From positions 1 through 32,945 of IMG/VR virus record IMGVR_UViG_3300045988_123769: a DNA stretch of 32,945 nucleotides; one strand, written 5' to 3'. Below are positions 6,251 to 15,248 of the stretch, piece after piece. The DNA is from a virus. The notes below the pieces were generated by a model. That model was not told the origin of the DNA. It ran no database searches and saw nothing but the letters and a program-made list of their open reading frames with translations. The first letter of the stretch is position 1. The number at the start of each line of letters is the position of its first letter. A program made the translations under genes and the position numbers.

Positions 6251-8139
6251 ACCACCTCGCTGTGCTCGACTTCGTTAATAGCAAACGATAGATTGTATAT
6301 CATACCGTAGTAGTCTGCGGGCTGGTCGGACGGGCTTATGCACACGCCGTACATTTTCATCCGCGCATTCCGGTACAGCACCGTTTTGCGCTGCTGTATC
6401 ACCCGTTCAAGTGCCTTATATGCGTCCTTGTCATTTGTGGCAAAGGATACCGTCACAGACCTCTGGGCAAGCTGCCCAAATTCTGCCACGGGCTTTTCGC
6501 GCCCCGAATATTCCATCATGCTAACGTCATAATCGGTATAATACCTGTCCTGTACGTTGTAGCGCACTTCAAACGGATGCGTGGGGTCGTCCACGGGCGT
6601 AAGCCATCCCGTCGTCAGCTCAAACGTCGTGCGTTGCTGCGCGCCCTTGCTTTCGCCGCTCGCACTTACCGCTATCACCTTATATCGCACTTCGCCATCC
6701 ATCACAGACCAGTCCTTATATTTTTTTGTCGTGGTGCTGCCGATGCGGATAAAATCCGCGTCGCCAGGGGCAAAGCGGTATATATCGTACCGCAGTATCC
6801 CTGTCTGATTGTGGCTTATTATTATTTCAATGCCATCTTTTTTTTTTGAAAGAAAGAAGGACGGCGTGGTCGGGGTTATGTAATTTGCCGTTATGGTATC
6901 CTCTGCCCATGCGCTGTAGTGCGCCGCCTCGTCCCGCGCCGATACGCGCACGGTGTACTGCTCCCCGTTTTCAAGCGCGACGGGGATGTCGTAAAATTGG
7001 TCGCTGCTCTCGGCGGTGATGTCCACTATGTAGGTCGCGCCCTTTAGGATTTGCACCTTGTATGCGCTCTGCGTAAAGGTGGTCGTCCATATCAAGCGAG
7101 GCTTTGCCGATGTGAAAACGCTTGTCACTATACTTGGCGCGGTCGGAGCCGTGCCGTAGTATGCATATGCCTGGTCGCTGTAATCGCTGGGCGCGTCGTC
7201 TGTGTCTATGGTCTGTACGCGCCAGTAAAAATTACCGCTGGGAATTTTCGCAACCGGCACATCGGCATATTGATTGGTGCTTGTCGCGGTGATTGTCTCC
7301 CACGTCAGGCCGTCACCCGATATTTGCAGATTGTAGCCCTTTTGCGGCAGATTGCTCTGCGGGCTGGGGTTATGCGCCCAGCTGAAGCGCACCACGCCGC
7401 CGCTTGGCGCGACCGTCTCGCCCAGTATCGGGCTTTTTACGGTCGGGATTTGCGGATAGTCGGCAACCACTATTTTTAAATAGTTTCGTTCGCTTAATTC
7501 TATGTTGTCCCCGTCTGTGCCAACCCTTGCCCAAAAGTCATAATATACTGCCGTTGTTACATTAGGTTCGGTATATTTATAGGCAGTTTTCCCGGGTATT
7601 CTGTTGTCTGCTGCGTTTTCTTGGGGTGTGTACGCGCGCATTTCTCGTACATATATGTATCCGCCCCTCGGATCCATCGCATGGTCATCTGGCAATTCAA
7701 GCGGTAGCCAATCGCCTTGCGACAGGCTATCGGGCTTAGGATATGTTCTTTTGATATAGGGTTTCCCCATATCAAACCAATATAGTGCCGGAGCGTCTAT
7801 TGGTATGATTGGCGTGGGCGCAACTTCGATATCTCGCGGATGGCTTGTCGTTGTCACCGTAGTATATCCGGCTGGCGCGTTGTCGGCGTAGCCAGTATAG
7901 CCGGCATAATATGTCGGGCTTTGATTCGGATAGTGCTGCCCGCCGTAAGTGCGTGCCGGAGCATTCACGCGTAGCATAAGTGTTTTGGATATTATTTTTT
8001 TGTTTGCAGGGAGCGTATAGCTGCCGTATTCTATCCCAAAGTATGCCGTTGTGCCAGCCGCCTGTGCTTGGTCTGCCGACCCGTATGCTACCGCCAATTT
8101 TGTCGTGTCAACTCCAACTCTGATTTCTGTTTTTGCCAT
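6247..8139 (-). CDS. Distal tail protein (Dit-like C-terminal domain) with a long N-terminal extension containing about three FN3-like modules
   Basis: 630 aa, directly after the tape-measure gene (TAATG overlap). FN3-like signatures include FYWRVQTID, YTVRVSARD and YKVIAVSASGE. The C-terminus resembles siphovirus tail-family proteins. Confidence 0.6.
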   Translation of the reverse strand: MAKTEIRVGVDTTKLAVAYGSADQAQAAGTTAYFGIEYGSYTLPANKKIISKTLMLRVNAPARTYGGQHYPNQSPTYYAGYTGYADNAPAGYTTVTTTSHPRDIEVAPTPIIPIDAPALYWFDMGKPYIKRTYPKPDSLSQGDWLPLELPDDHAMDPRGGYIYVREMRAYTPQENAADNRIPGKTAYKYTEPNVTTAVYYDFWARVGTDGDNIELSERNYLKIVVADYPQIPTVKSPILGETVAPSGGVVRFSWAHNPSPQSNLPQKGYNLQISGDGLTWETITATSTNQYADVPVAKIPSGNFYWRVQTIDTDDAPSDYSDQAYAYYGTAPTAPSIVTSVFTSAKPRLIWTTTFTQSAYKVQILKGATYIVDITAESSDQFYDIPVALENGEQYTVRVSARDEAAHYSAWAEDTITANYITPTTPSFFLSKKKDGIEIIISHNQTGILRYDIYRFAPGDADFIRIGSTTTKKYKDWSVMDGEVRYKVIAVSASGESKGAQQRTTFELTTGWLTPVDDPTHPFEVRYNVQDRYYTDYDVSMMEYSGREKPVAEFGQLAQRSVTVSFATNDKDAYKALERVIQQRKTVLYRNARMKMYGVCISPSDQPADYYGMIYNLSFAINEVEHSEVV

Positions 8140-9878
8140 TACTTAGCCCTTTCTGCCTGCCTCGCGCGCTTGAATGTTGCCGTCATTGCCGCCACGGTTT
8201 CCATGTCGCGCGATTGCACGGTCAAATAATAGTTATTCGTGCCGCCCATGCTGCGGCTGTCCTCCGCGCTGTATACCCTGCTCCCCTGCGGCAAGGATAC
8301 CAGTTCCGGCCCGCGTTCGCCTACCCAAGTCAGCCCGCCGGGCCAGTAGTCCGTGCCGTCCGCGTTGCGGCCTATATTTCTCCCAAAGCCGCCGCTCCAC
8401 GCCCGGGCGCTTGCTCCCTCGTCGCTAAAAACCTTGGCTATGTTTTCGCCATAGCGAGTAAGATTGCTGTCATCAAAGCCCTTGCCGCTGATAAGGTTAA
8501 ATAGCTGCTTAAACAGTTCTATTACTATTGCTATCGTGTTGGCTACTATGGTCAGCGCGTCGGCCAGAACGCCCAGCGCAAGCGCAAGGGTTTGCAGCAC
8601 AGGCACGCCATCCTCTGCCGTGCCGAAAAGCACATCAAAAAGCGGCTCGAGCGCGGATACCACGTCAAGCAGCGCACCGAAAACCTCTAAAATGCCCGAC
8701 CCTTCGGCGGCTTCTTGCAGCCGCACGAAAAGGTCAGTCCCTTTTTTCATTAGGTTTTCGACTGCCGGAGCCATGCCGACGGCAATCTGATTTTTGAGGG
8801 CTTCACTTGAGCGGTTCATGCGCTGAAGCTGGTCGTCAACCGCGCCCAAAGCATCTAATGCTTCCTCGCCCATTACATAGCCTACATCGTGCGCCTCTTG
8901 GGTAAGCTCGCGCAAGCCGTCGCTACCGGCTTTTATCAGCGGATTCAGGTCGCGTGCGGAACGCCCGAAAATGGTCATTGCTATCGCGTCGCGTTCTGTT
9001 TCGTTGCTTATAGCGCCAAGCGCGTCTATTACATCGCCGAAAACCTCTTGTGCGTCGCGCAGCGTGCCGTCCGCATTTTGCACGCCAATACCCAGCTTGT
9101 CAAAGGCTTCCGCTTGCTCTTTGCTGCCACGCCGTGCCGCATCCATGCTCCTTATCATTTTCGATTGGCTTGAAGTCAGCGTATCCAGCGATACGTCCAC
9201 AAGCTCGGCGGCATACTGATACTCTTGCAGCGCTTCGGTCGATAGCCCCGTCACCGCGGATTGCGTAAGTATTTCGTCCGCGTATGCCGCTGATTCTATC
9301 GTCAGGCTTATAAGCTTTTTTTCGACCTCTGCCACCGCCGCGGCTAAGGCGGCAAATGTACCTATCGTCACAAGCGTCTGCGTGTCGATTTTAAGCATCC
9401 CGTTAAGGGTGTTGGTCATTTCTTTCGGTAAGCTTATCCCAAACTTCCCGCCGATATCGTTAAGCGCGTCGCCAAGTCCCTGCGCTTTGTCTGCCGCGTC
9501 GTCCTCACCCTCGCCGAAGTCGTCCAGCGCCTTTGTATTTTCGTCAAGCGCGTGCTGTTGCTTTAGCAACGCAGTCTCTGTTTCTACTACGGCCTTGCGC
9601 ATACGCTGCGTGCGGTCGTCGCTTTCGCCGTAAGCTTGTGACAGCTCTGCCAACCGCTTTTTTTGCAAGTCCAGTTTGTCGCTAAGAGATAAGACTATCT
9701 GGTCAAGATTTTCATTGGTCGCGGTCAGGGCTTCAAGGCTTTTTTCGTTGCCCTTGTATTGCTCTTGCAGCTTCTTGCTCTCTGCGCTCAGCACGCTAAG
9801 TCCGCCGTTTATTTCCTTAAGCGCTTGCCTATACTCTTTTTCGCCTTCTGCGACAAATCGTGTCCTAATATTCGGCAT
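8139..9878 (-). CDS. Tail tape measure protein
   Basis: 579 aa, helical and Ala/Leu-rich, with a TP901-type core (AMTIFGRSARDLNPLI). It follows the G/GT chaperone pair. Confidence 0.85.
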   Translation of the reverse strand: MPNIRTRFVAEGEKEYRQALKEINGGLSVLSAESKKLQEQYKGNEKSLEALTATNENLDQIVLSLSDKLDLQKKRLAELSQAYGESDDRTQRMRKAVVETETALLKQQHALDENTKALDDFGEGEDDAADKAQGLGDALNDIGGKFGISLPKEMTNTLNGMLKIDTQTLVTIGTFAALAAAVAEVEKKLISLTIESAAYADEILTQSAVTGLSTEALQEYQYAAELVDVSLDTLTSSQSKMIRSMDAARRGSKEQAEAFDKLGIGVQNADGTLRDAQEVFGDVIDALGAISNETERDAIAMTIFGRSARDLNPLIKAGSDGLRELTQEAHDVGYVMGEEALDALGAVDDQLQRMNRSSEALKNQIAVGMAPAVENLMKKGTDLFVRLQEAAEGSGILEVFGALLDVVSALEPLFDVLFGTAEDGVPVLQTLALALGVLADALTIVANTIAIVIELFKQLFNLISGKGFDDSNLTRYGENIAKVFSDEGASARAWSGGFGRNIGRNADGTDYWPGGLTWVGERGPELVSLPQGSRVYSAEDSRSMGGTNNYYLTVQSRDMETVAAMTATFKRARQAERAK

Positions 9879-9882
9879 CGCT

Positions 9883-10397
9883 TTATACTCCTAAATAGTC
9901 TGCAAGGCTTACGGGCTTTTCAGCCTCTTTCGCCTTGCCTATCTCTTTATACGCTGTCAGAATTTTTGCTATGCGGTATGGCGTTGCAGTCGCCCAAAAA
10001 TCACGCTCGGGCAGCCGTAACGCCATCACCCACACGGCAAGGTACCATGCAAAATTCAGCGGTTCGCCGCTGTCTCCGTTTTTTTTTCTGTGTCCTCGCC
10101 GCCCGCGCTTTTCAGTGCCTCGGTCACAAGGGGCAGCACAACGCCGCTTATATAGCCCAGTTCGCTTATAGGGATTTCGCGGCCTACCTCGCGGACGGAC
10201 AAGTCGCCGTCCGTAGCGTCATTTATCATCGCCGTCAAAAATGTTAGCGTTGCCCGTATGGTTCTGCCCTTAAACGCGCGGGATATGTTGCCGCCGTAGG
10301 CTTCTTGCACATCCGCCAAAACATTCATATTGCAGCACAGCTTTATTTTTTCTCCGCGCCACTCAAACGGCGCGGTTTTAAGCCTGATGTCGTCCAT
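9883..10397 (-). CDS. Tail assembly chaperone -1 frameshift product (gpGT analogue)
   Basis: I translated the -1 frame after the A-run. It stays open (NGDSGEPLNFAWYLAVWVMALRLPERDFWATATPYRIAKILTAYKEIGKAKEAEKPVSLADYLGV) to a TAA at 9883-9885, 4 nt before the tape-measure ATG. Confidence 0.75.
10056..10397 (-). CDS. Tail assembly chaperone (gpG analogue)
   Basis: 113 aa, between the major tail and tape-measure genes. It ends just after an A9 slippery run. Confidence 0.8.
   Translation of the reverse strand: MDDIRLKTAPFEWRGEKIKLCCNMNVLADVQEAYGGNISRAFKGRTIRATLTFLTAMINDATDGDLSVREVGREIPISELGYISGVVLPLVTEALKSAGGEDTEKKTETAANR
10079..10087 (-). promoter_or_regulatory. Slippery A9 run (GAA AAA AAA ACG) for the programmed -1 frameshift
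   Basis: Nine consecutive T on the plus strand, at the 3' end of the chaperone ORF. Confidence 0.7.
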
Positions 10398-10406
10398 GTG
10401 GCCTCC

Positions 10407-10988
10407 TTACGCGCTCGCGCCAAAGCAAGCATTTATCCATGCTATAGCCCCAGCGGCATCTTCAAGCACGGCCACCTCCATTATATCTTGTGTGTCCGCG
10501 TCGCTCGGCAGGAACTCTCCCGACGTTGTCGGGGTCTGAAATTGTATGTTTTCGCCTTTGGTCTGCAAATTCATGGCAGGCTGGCCAAAAAGCACTTTGT
10601 GCACAAAACAAGCCGTTACCCTGTTCGAGCCGTCCCGCATGTCGGGCGCATAAAAGCCAAGGCCGACATACTTGGGCGTGTCCTTCGCCGTGGTCAAAAG
10701 GCTTTTGGTTGCCGTGGTAGATATGGTGCGGGATTTTTCGGTTACGCCGAACATTAGCTTCTGGGCATCGTCGGGTATGTACTTCACGCCCGCGGATATC
10801 GTGCCGCCCGTCACCTGTTTCATATATTCGGCAAGCTTGCCCTCCGCGTATAATCTGCCCTCGGCGGACGTAAGATTAAGCTGCACGGTCATAGCGTCGC
10901 CCATGCTTGTGGGGGTGTCGTATGTCACCGTACCGCTTGCGTTTTTGTACTCGGCCACTTTCAGGCCGCGCAAGTCAAAAGTAGGCAT
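10407..10988 (-). CDS. Major tail protein
   Basis: 193 aa. The N-terminus MPTFDLRGLKVAEY...GDAMTVQLNLT resembles phi13-type major tail proteins. It sits upstream of the chaperones. Confidence 0.8.
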   Translation of the reverse strand: MPTFDLRGLKVAEYKNASGTVTYDTPTSMGDAMTVQLNLTSAEGRLYAEGKLAEYMKQVTGGTISAGVKYIPDDAQKLMFGVTEKSRTISTTATKSLLTTAKDTPKYVGLGFYAPDMRDGSNRVTACFVHKVLFGQPAMNLQTKGENIQFQTPTTSGEFLPSDADTQDIMEVAVLEDAAGAIAWINACFGASA

Positions 10989-11411
10989 TTAATTTAGTCC
11001 TTTCTCCTTCAAAAAAAGGTCGGTTTTTTGATTTACAAGTTCTTCGTATTCTTTGCGGGCTTGTTCTTCCGCTTCCGTCCAAAAGCGTGTACCGGTGTAG
11101 TGTGATCGGCCATAATTCAGGACAAAGGCAATCTGGGCATTGGTAGTGCCCGTCTTTCGTTTCCCCGCCGCTACCACATCTACATACTTTCGTCCCTCTT
11201 TGTCTTTGGCTTTTTGGATTTTTATCGACCGCAGTAAGATGTCCGACACTGGGCGAATGTGCCCATGGCGCAGTATACTTTGTTCTACTTTTTCTTTTGC
11301 AATTTCCCCGCCGGCCGCGAGTAAATCGTCCACAAAGTCCGCTATGCCGTCCTCGGTCGCATGCAAGGCGTTTTGTATGTCGTCTATGCCGTCCACATAC
11401 ATCTTAGCCAT
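10989..11411 (-). CDS. HK97 gp10-like tail-completion/neck protein
   Basis: 140 aa. The NAQIAFVLNYGRS...GTRFW pattern and the position support the call. Confidence 0.55.
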   Translation of the reverse strand: MAKMYVDGIDDIQNALHATEDGIADFVDDLLAAGGEIAKEKVEQSILRHGHIRPVSDILLRSIKIQKAKDKEGRKYVDVVAAGKRKTGTTNAQIAFVLNYGRSHYTGTRFWTEAEEQARKEYEELVNQKTDLFLKEKGLN

Positions 11412-11730
11412 ATATACCGCCTATATGTGTCGCCGTCATGGGGATATGATATAGCCCCGTATCCGGCTCATAGTCCTCGGCATTTACGGTGCAAGTCCAT
11501 CCCGCCGTCTGCAAAAGTCGCTTGATTTCAAGCAGTTTCGCCTCAAACGGCACGGTCTTAGTGTAGTAGTCTACCGCATACAGTACGGACGTTTCAGCCT
11601 CGGTTCCTTCGGCGTATAGCGTTGTCGATTGGGTTATAAGCTGATAGGTCACGTACTCGTCGGCCTCCCCCTTATAAGGCGGGTGCGTTATAGGCAGTTT
11701 AAGCGCAGCTAAAGCACTATTTATTGTCAC
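11404..11730 (-). CDS. Head-tail joining protein (unassigned family)
   Basis: 108 aa, within the connector gene run. Call is from position only. Confidence 0.45.
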   Translation of the reverse strand: MTINSALAALKLPITHPPYKGEADEYVTYQLITQSTTLYAEGTEAETSVLYAVDYYTKTVPFEAKLLEIKRLLQTAGWTCTVNAEDYEPDTGLYHIPMTATHIGGIYG

Positions 11731-12031
11731 GCTGCCGCCTCCTTTCGCAGGTCAGCTCTACGCGGTCAAGGCTTGGCTGATATGTGCGTACAATGTCGTA
11801 TATATCGCCGTTATATTCAAGTTCTTCTTCGTCCGCAAAGTCAATTGTATTTACCACAAATATTACGTCGATTCGTCGATTGACGGCAGCCGCGGCATAG
11901 TATTCCTGCCGCGTTGCGCTCTGCCTGTCTGCCCATACCTCGCGGGTCGTCACGGTCTGCGTGGCAAACCCGTCTGTTATAGTCGGCGTTATCTTGCGTA
12001 GTTTTATGGTATCGTCAAAGTGGTTAAGCAC
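11717..12031 (-). CDS. Head closure / head-tail adaptor protein (SPP1 gp16-like)
   Basis: 104 aa. The pattern IKLRKITPT...DGFATQT...VWADRQS is typical of head-tail adaptors. Confidence 0.6.
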   Translation of the reverse strand: MLNHFDDTIKLRKITPTITDGFATQTVTTREVWADRQSATRQEYYAAAAVNRRIDVIFVVNTIDFADEEELEYNGDIYDIVRTYQPSLDRVELTCERRRQRDNK

Positions 12032-12293
12032 GGTACTTGCCGTTAAGCGCCATGCCGTTTTTTACGCGCTCGTACACGCTGCGCATTTGCGTGTCGCGCT
12101 CTATCATCCAGCGCACATACAGCATCACAGCTGCTTGCACCATTGGGTCGTAGTCGTTTATCCTCTCTACCCCTGCCGCAGACAAGTCCGCTTTCGCCGC
12201 CTCTATAAGCGGCACAAGTTCAAGCTGGTCTAAGTCCGTAGACTTGCGGCGCAGGGATGTGCGCACGATGTTCAGCAGCATTTCCTGTGCCAT
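12024..12293 (-). CDS. gp6-like head-tail connector protein
   Basis: 89 aa, first gene after the capsid gene. LIEAAKADL...VQAAVMLYVRWMIERD resembles the gp6-like family. Confidence 0.6.
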   Translation of the reverse strand: MAQEMLLNIVRTSLRRKSTDLDQLELVPLIEAAKADLSAAGVERINDYDPMVQAAVMLYVRWMIERDTQMRSVYERVKNGMALNGKYRA

Positions 12294-12317
12294 TCCATCC
12301 TCCTTCTTTTAGCAGGA

Positions 12318-12337
12318 GGAGGGGCTTGCGCCCCTCC
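12318..12337 (-). promoter_or_regulatory. Stem-loop GGAGGGGC-ttgc-GCCCCTCC immediately after the capsid gene (possible partial terminator or mRNA stabiliser)
   Basis: Perfect 8-bp inverted repeat in the 53-nt gap between the capsid and connector genes. No U-tract. Confidence 0.45.
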
Positions 12338-12346
12338 CGTTAGTCA

Positions 12347-13474
12347 TTAGGCGCTTGCTTTTACAAGCTTAACAACCGCTTCGCCCAGCGCAGGGGTGCA
12401 GTCAAACATGCACACGCCCAGATACTTGTAGCTGTTGGTGTTTATGTCAAAGGCGCTCTTTACACTCATGCTCTCCGGCATATTGCCGACTACCTTGCGA
12501 TAGTCGCCAAGATACGCTTCATGCAGCGTCATATAGTCGCTTATCAGCACGGGGTAGCCAAAGATGTAGTAATTTTTGCCCTCCATCGTAACGATGTCGT
12601 TCTTGGCTTTATCCTGCAAAGGCATAAAGTCAGTAAAAAGGGTGCGCTTGGACATCAAAAATTTAGCGTTGCTATCATAGCCCGCGTTAAGCAGCCCGAT
12701 AAGGTCAAGCACGTTCTGGGTGGACAGCGTGCCGGTCTTGGCGACGGTTATGCTGTTATCCGCGCCCCAGGTGTTGGCCTTGTCTATGCCCTTCGGTTCG
12801 GATGTGCCGGATCCAGATATTATCAAGTCCTCGACCTTACGAGCAAGGGCTTCTGCCAGCTTGTTTACTATCCAAGTCTCAAATGCGGGTATGCTCATTG
12901 TTTTTACGGTGTCGGATATCTGCACCAGCTTGGTGATTTCATAGCCACCGAGGGATACCGTCGCAAGGGTGTCCGCCGCCGCGGTTATAGTTGCGTTCTC
13001 GGTGTGGATGGACGCGGCGTTATTAGTGCCTTCGACCGCGTACTTGACATTGCCCGCTACGGACAGCAGGTCAATTTCATTCAGCATCGGCGCGATGGTT
13101 TTCATCTTGTCAATTATTTGGTTGGCAAGCGCAGTGGGGATTACTTCTGCGCCAGTACCAGTGCCGTTACTATAAGCGCGCTTTTCTGCGTCGGTCAAGG
13201 GCAGCCCGCGTATAGCCTTAGCCCATGCGTTACGATACTCAGGTGTATTATACGGGTCAGTGGGCTTTTCGGCCTTGCGCATTATGGGCGCGCCCTCGCC
13301 ATTATTGGTTATCTCCGCGATAAGCGCCTTGCGCTTTTCGGCGGTGGTAGTTATCTTCTGCTTTTCGGCAGTCAGGTTGCGCACCTCCTGCTCAAGCGCG
13401 TCAAGGTCGGCTCCATCCTTCTCAAGCTCGGCGGGTATAGCGGCCAGTCGGGCTTCAATTTCGGTCATAGTCAT
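12347..13474 (-). CDS. Major capsid protein, HK97 family
   Basis: 375 aa with an N-terminal coiled delta-domain-like segment (EIEARLAAIPAELEKDGADLDALEQEVRNL). It follows the prohead protease gene. Confidence 0.85.
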   Translation of the reverse strand: MTMTEIEARLAAIPAELEKDGADLDALEQEVRNLTAEKQKITTTAEKRKALIAEITNNGEGAPIMRKAEKPTDPYNTPEYRNAWAKAIRGLPLTDAEKRAYSNGTGTGAEVIPTALANQIIDKMKTIAPMLNEIDLLSVAGNVKYAVEGTNNAASIHTENATITAAADTLATVSLGGYEITKLVQISDTVKTMSIPAFETWIVNKLAEALARKVEDLIISGSGTSEPKGIDKANTWGADNSITVAKTGTLSTQNVLDLIGLLNAGYDSNAKFLMSKRTLFTDFMPLQDKAKNDIVTMEGKNYYIFGYPVLISDYMTLHEAYLGDYRKVVGNMPESMSVKSAFDINTNSYKYLGVCMFDCTPALGEAVVKLVKASA

Positions 13475-14051
13475 TTTTCATTACCTCCATTAAGATTTTA
13501 ATTTTTCTTTTTTGCCTTTCGCGCTTTACGGCCTCCGCCGCCTCTCGCTCCGCCTCCGCGGAGTAAAAAGACCGCGCGCTGATGCTTGTTGCATCATAGG
13601 CGGGTATATCTACGGCGGCCACATCAAAAAGCCGCTTGATACCTGTTATCGTGCGCGTCCGTGTGTCGCGATTGTATTCTTCCGCGCTCACCGTAAACGC
13701 AAAGGACATTTTATCTATATAACCGCCTTTAATTTCTTCGTACAGGCGGCGACCTTCTTCCGTGCCCGACAAGTCGGCGCTGATTTTCAGCCCCACGCTG
13801 TCCACAGTCAAGGTGAGCGTCCCGTTTTTCGTTCGCGCCACGGGTTTTCCCGTGTGGTTATAGTTCATTACCACATCGGCCATTTGTGTTTCGCTAAAGG
13901 CTCGCGCGTCAATGGATTCTTTATATTGCACCCCGTCCCATTCATACATGACGGTCGCGGAGTTAAAAATAGCCGCGTATCCCTCTACGCGGCACTCAGC
14001 CTCATTTGCTCGCACCTCAAAGGCGCGGTACTGCCTATCATTCGTTATCAT
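13455..14051 (-). CDS. Prohead serine protease, HK97 family
   Basis: 198 aa. VEGYAAIFNS, NYNHTGKPVA and IDKMSFAF are motifs typical of the HK97 prohead protease family. Confidence 0.8.
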   Translation of the reverse strand: MITNDRQYRAFEVRANEAECRVEGYAAIFNSATVMYEWDGVQYKESIDARAFSETQMADVVMNYNHTGKPVARTKNGTLTLTVDSVGLKISADLSGTEEGRRLYEEIKGGYIDKMSFAFTVSAEEYNRDTRTRTITGIKRLFDVAAVDIPAYDATSISARSFYSAEAEREAAEAVKRERQKRKIKILMEVMKNDYDRN

Positions 14052-15237
14052 TATCGTTCTCCGTTTCTTCCTCCGGTTCTTCCGGCTTCACCTCGCGTGG
14101 GGTCTTTGTTGCGTTGTCCGCGCTCATATATTCGCCGCGTATTACATAATCGTCGCCGCCCTCAATATGCGGCAGCTGCCATATATCGCAAGCCTGATTA
14201 CGGCTGATTATGCCGCGGTCAAGCAGCGTTTGCGTCACTTGCAGTTTTGCGCTTGTCGACGCATACTGTAAGCGGTTACTGCTAAACATGATTTCGTTGC
14301 CAAACGCTATTGCGCGGTCGCTGTACGTCATGTTGGTCATAGCAAGGCCAAGCTGCACCGCAAAAGGTTCTATTTTGCCCTCATAAAATGCGGTATAATC
14401 ATCCTCATCCCATTCGTTCCGCAGTATTTTCTCATTTACGCCGAAATAGTTATATACACTATCGTTTATGGCTTTCATTTGGTCGGCATCGACTATATAC
14501 GGCTTGCTGATTATTTGCTTAACCTCGGCATATTTTGTATCAAACATCATTACGCCGCCGTTGTTGGCCGCGCCAAAGTTCGATTTTACAAAGCGTTCCC
14601 TCTCCGCTTCTATGTCGTCGGGGCGAAGGGAGTTCCCAAGCTTGGCCATAAATCGGATTGCCGCCGAGTTTTTTATACCGAGCTCTATGCCTTGATTTTG
14701 CGTATCTATAAGCTGCAAAGTGGTGCGCAGGGGCGCATTATTCTCGCCGAAAAAATCTTGCTGATACTGAAATTGTGTTAGAACGCCAACCTTGCTAAAT
14801 TCAATCGCCGCTTTCGCGCCGTTTGAAAATGTGTACCTTAGCCACGGCTCGCCGTCGTGGTCTACCAGCTCCGCCATACTCGGTAGTATTGGGTAGTATC
14901 CGATTATGCGCTCAAAATACTCGTCGTATATCGGGACGATAAAAGCATTATTATCAACGGCAAAAATCGTTGCCACGCGATACAAAAACTGGCTCGTGTT
15001 CTGCCACGGGTTCGGGCGGTGCTGTAAAAGCCGCGCAAGCTGCTCATTGTTTGTCACTTCGGGTTTAAGCTTTGACGCATGAGTAGCAATCGCATGTATA
15101 GCCGCGCGTGTGATTTGCGCCTCATACACCCCTCCCGAAAAAGTGGTAAACGCCGGCGTGTATCCCGTCAGCGTCTGAAAATATCCGTCCACCGCCTTTG
15201 CTTGCGGTTTGGGGAAAAGCTTTTGAAAAAGTCCCAC
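14038..15237 (-). CDS. Portal protein, HK97 family
   Basis: 399 aa, between the TerL and protease genes, with an acidic C-terminal tail. Confidence 0.8.
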   Translation of the reverse strand: MGLFQKLFPKPQAKAVDGYFQTLTGYTPAFTTFSGGVYEAQITRAAIHAIATHASKLKPEVTNNEQLARLLQHRPNPWQNTSQFLYRVATIFAVDNNAFIVPIYDEYFERIIGYYPILPSMAELVDHDGEPWLRYTFSNGAKAAIEFSKVGVLTQFQYQQDFFGENNAPLRTTLQLIDTQNQGIELGIKNSAAIRFMAKLGNSLRPDDIEAERERFVKSNFGAANNGGVMMFDTKYAEVKQIISKPYIVDADQMKAINDSVYNYFGVNEKILRNEWDEDDYTAFYEGKIEPFAVQLGLAMTNMTYSDRAIAFGNEIMFSSNRLQYASTSAKLQVTQTLLDRGIISRNQACDIWQLPHIEGGDDYVIRGEYMSADNATKTPREVKPEEPEEETENDNDNE

Positions 15238-15248
15238 GGTATCCCCCC

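Noticed and set aside
3441-8139. Diversity-generating retroelement or hypervariable tail-fibre system.
   Set aside because: There is no reverse transcriptase gene anywhere in the genome. I saw no template/variable repeat pair near the fibre gene 3' ends.
12521-13501. Long plus-strand ORFs antisense to the structural genes, for example 12521-13501, 15777-16445, 2194-2916, 13512-14207, 30437-31117 and 8133-8504.
   Set aside because: They lack SD sequences and have Arg/Gly/Cys/His-rich shadow composition. They lie entirely inside minus-strand genes that have clear family motifs and translational coupling. This is typical of antisense open frames in GC-rich coding DNA.
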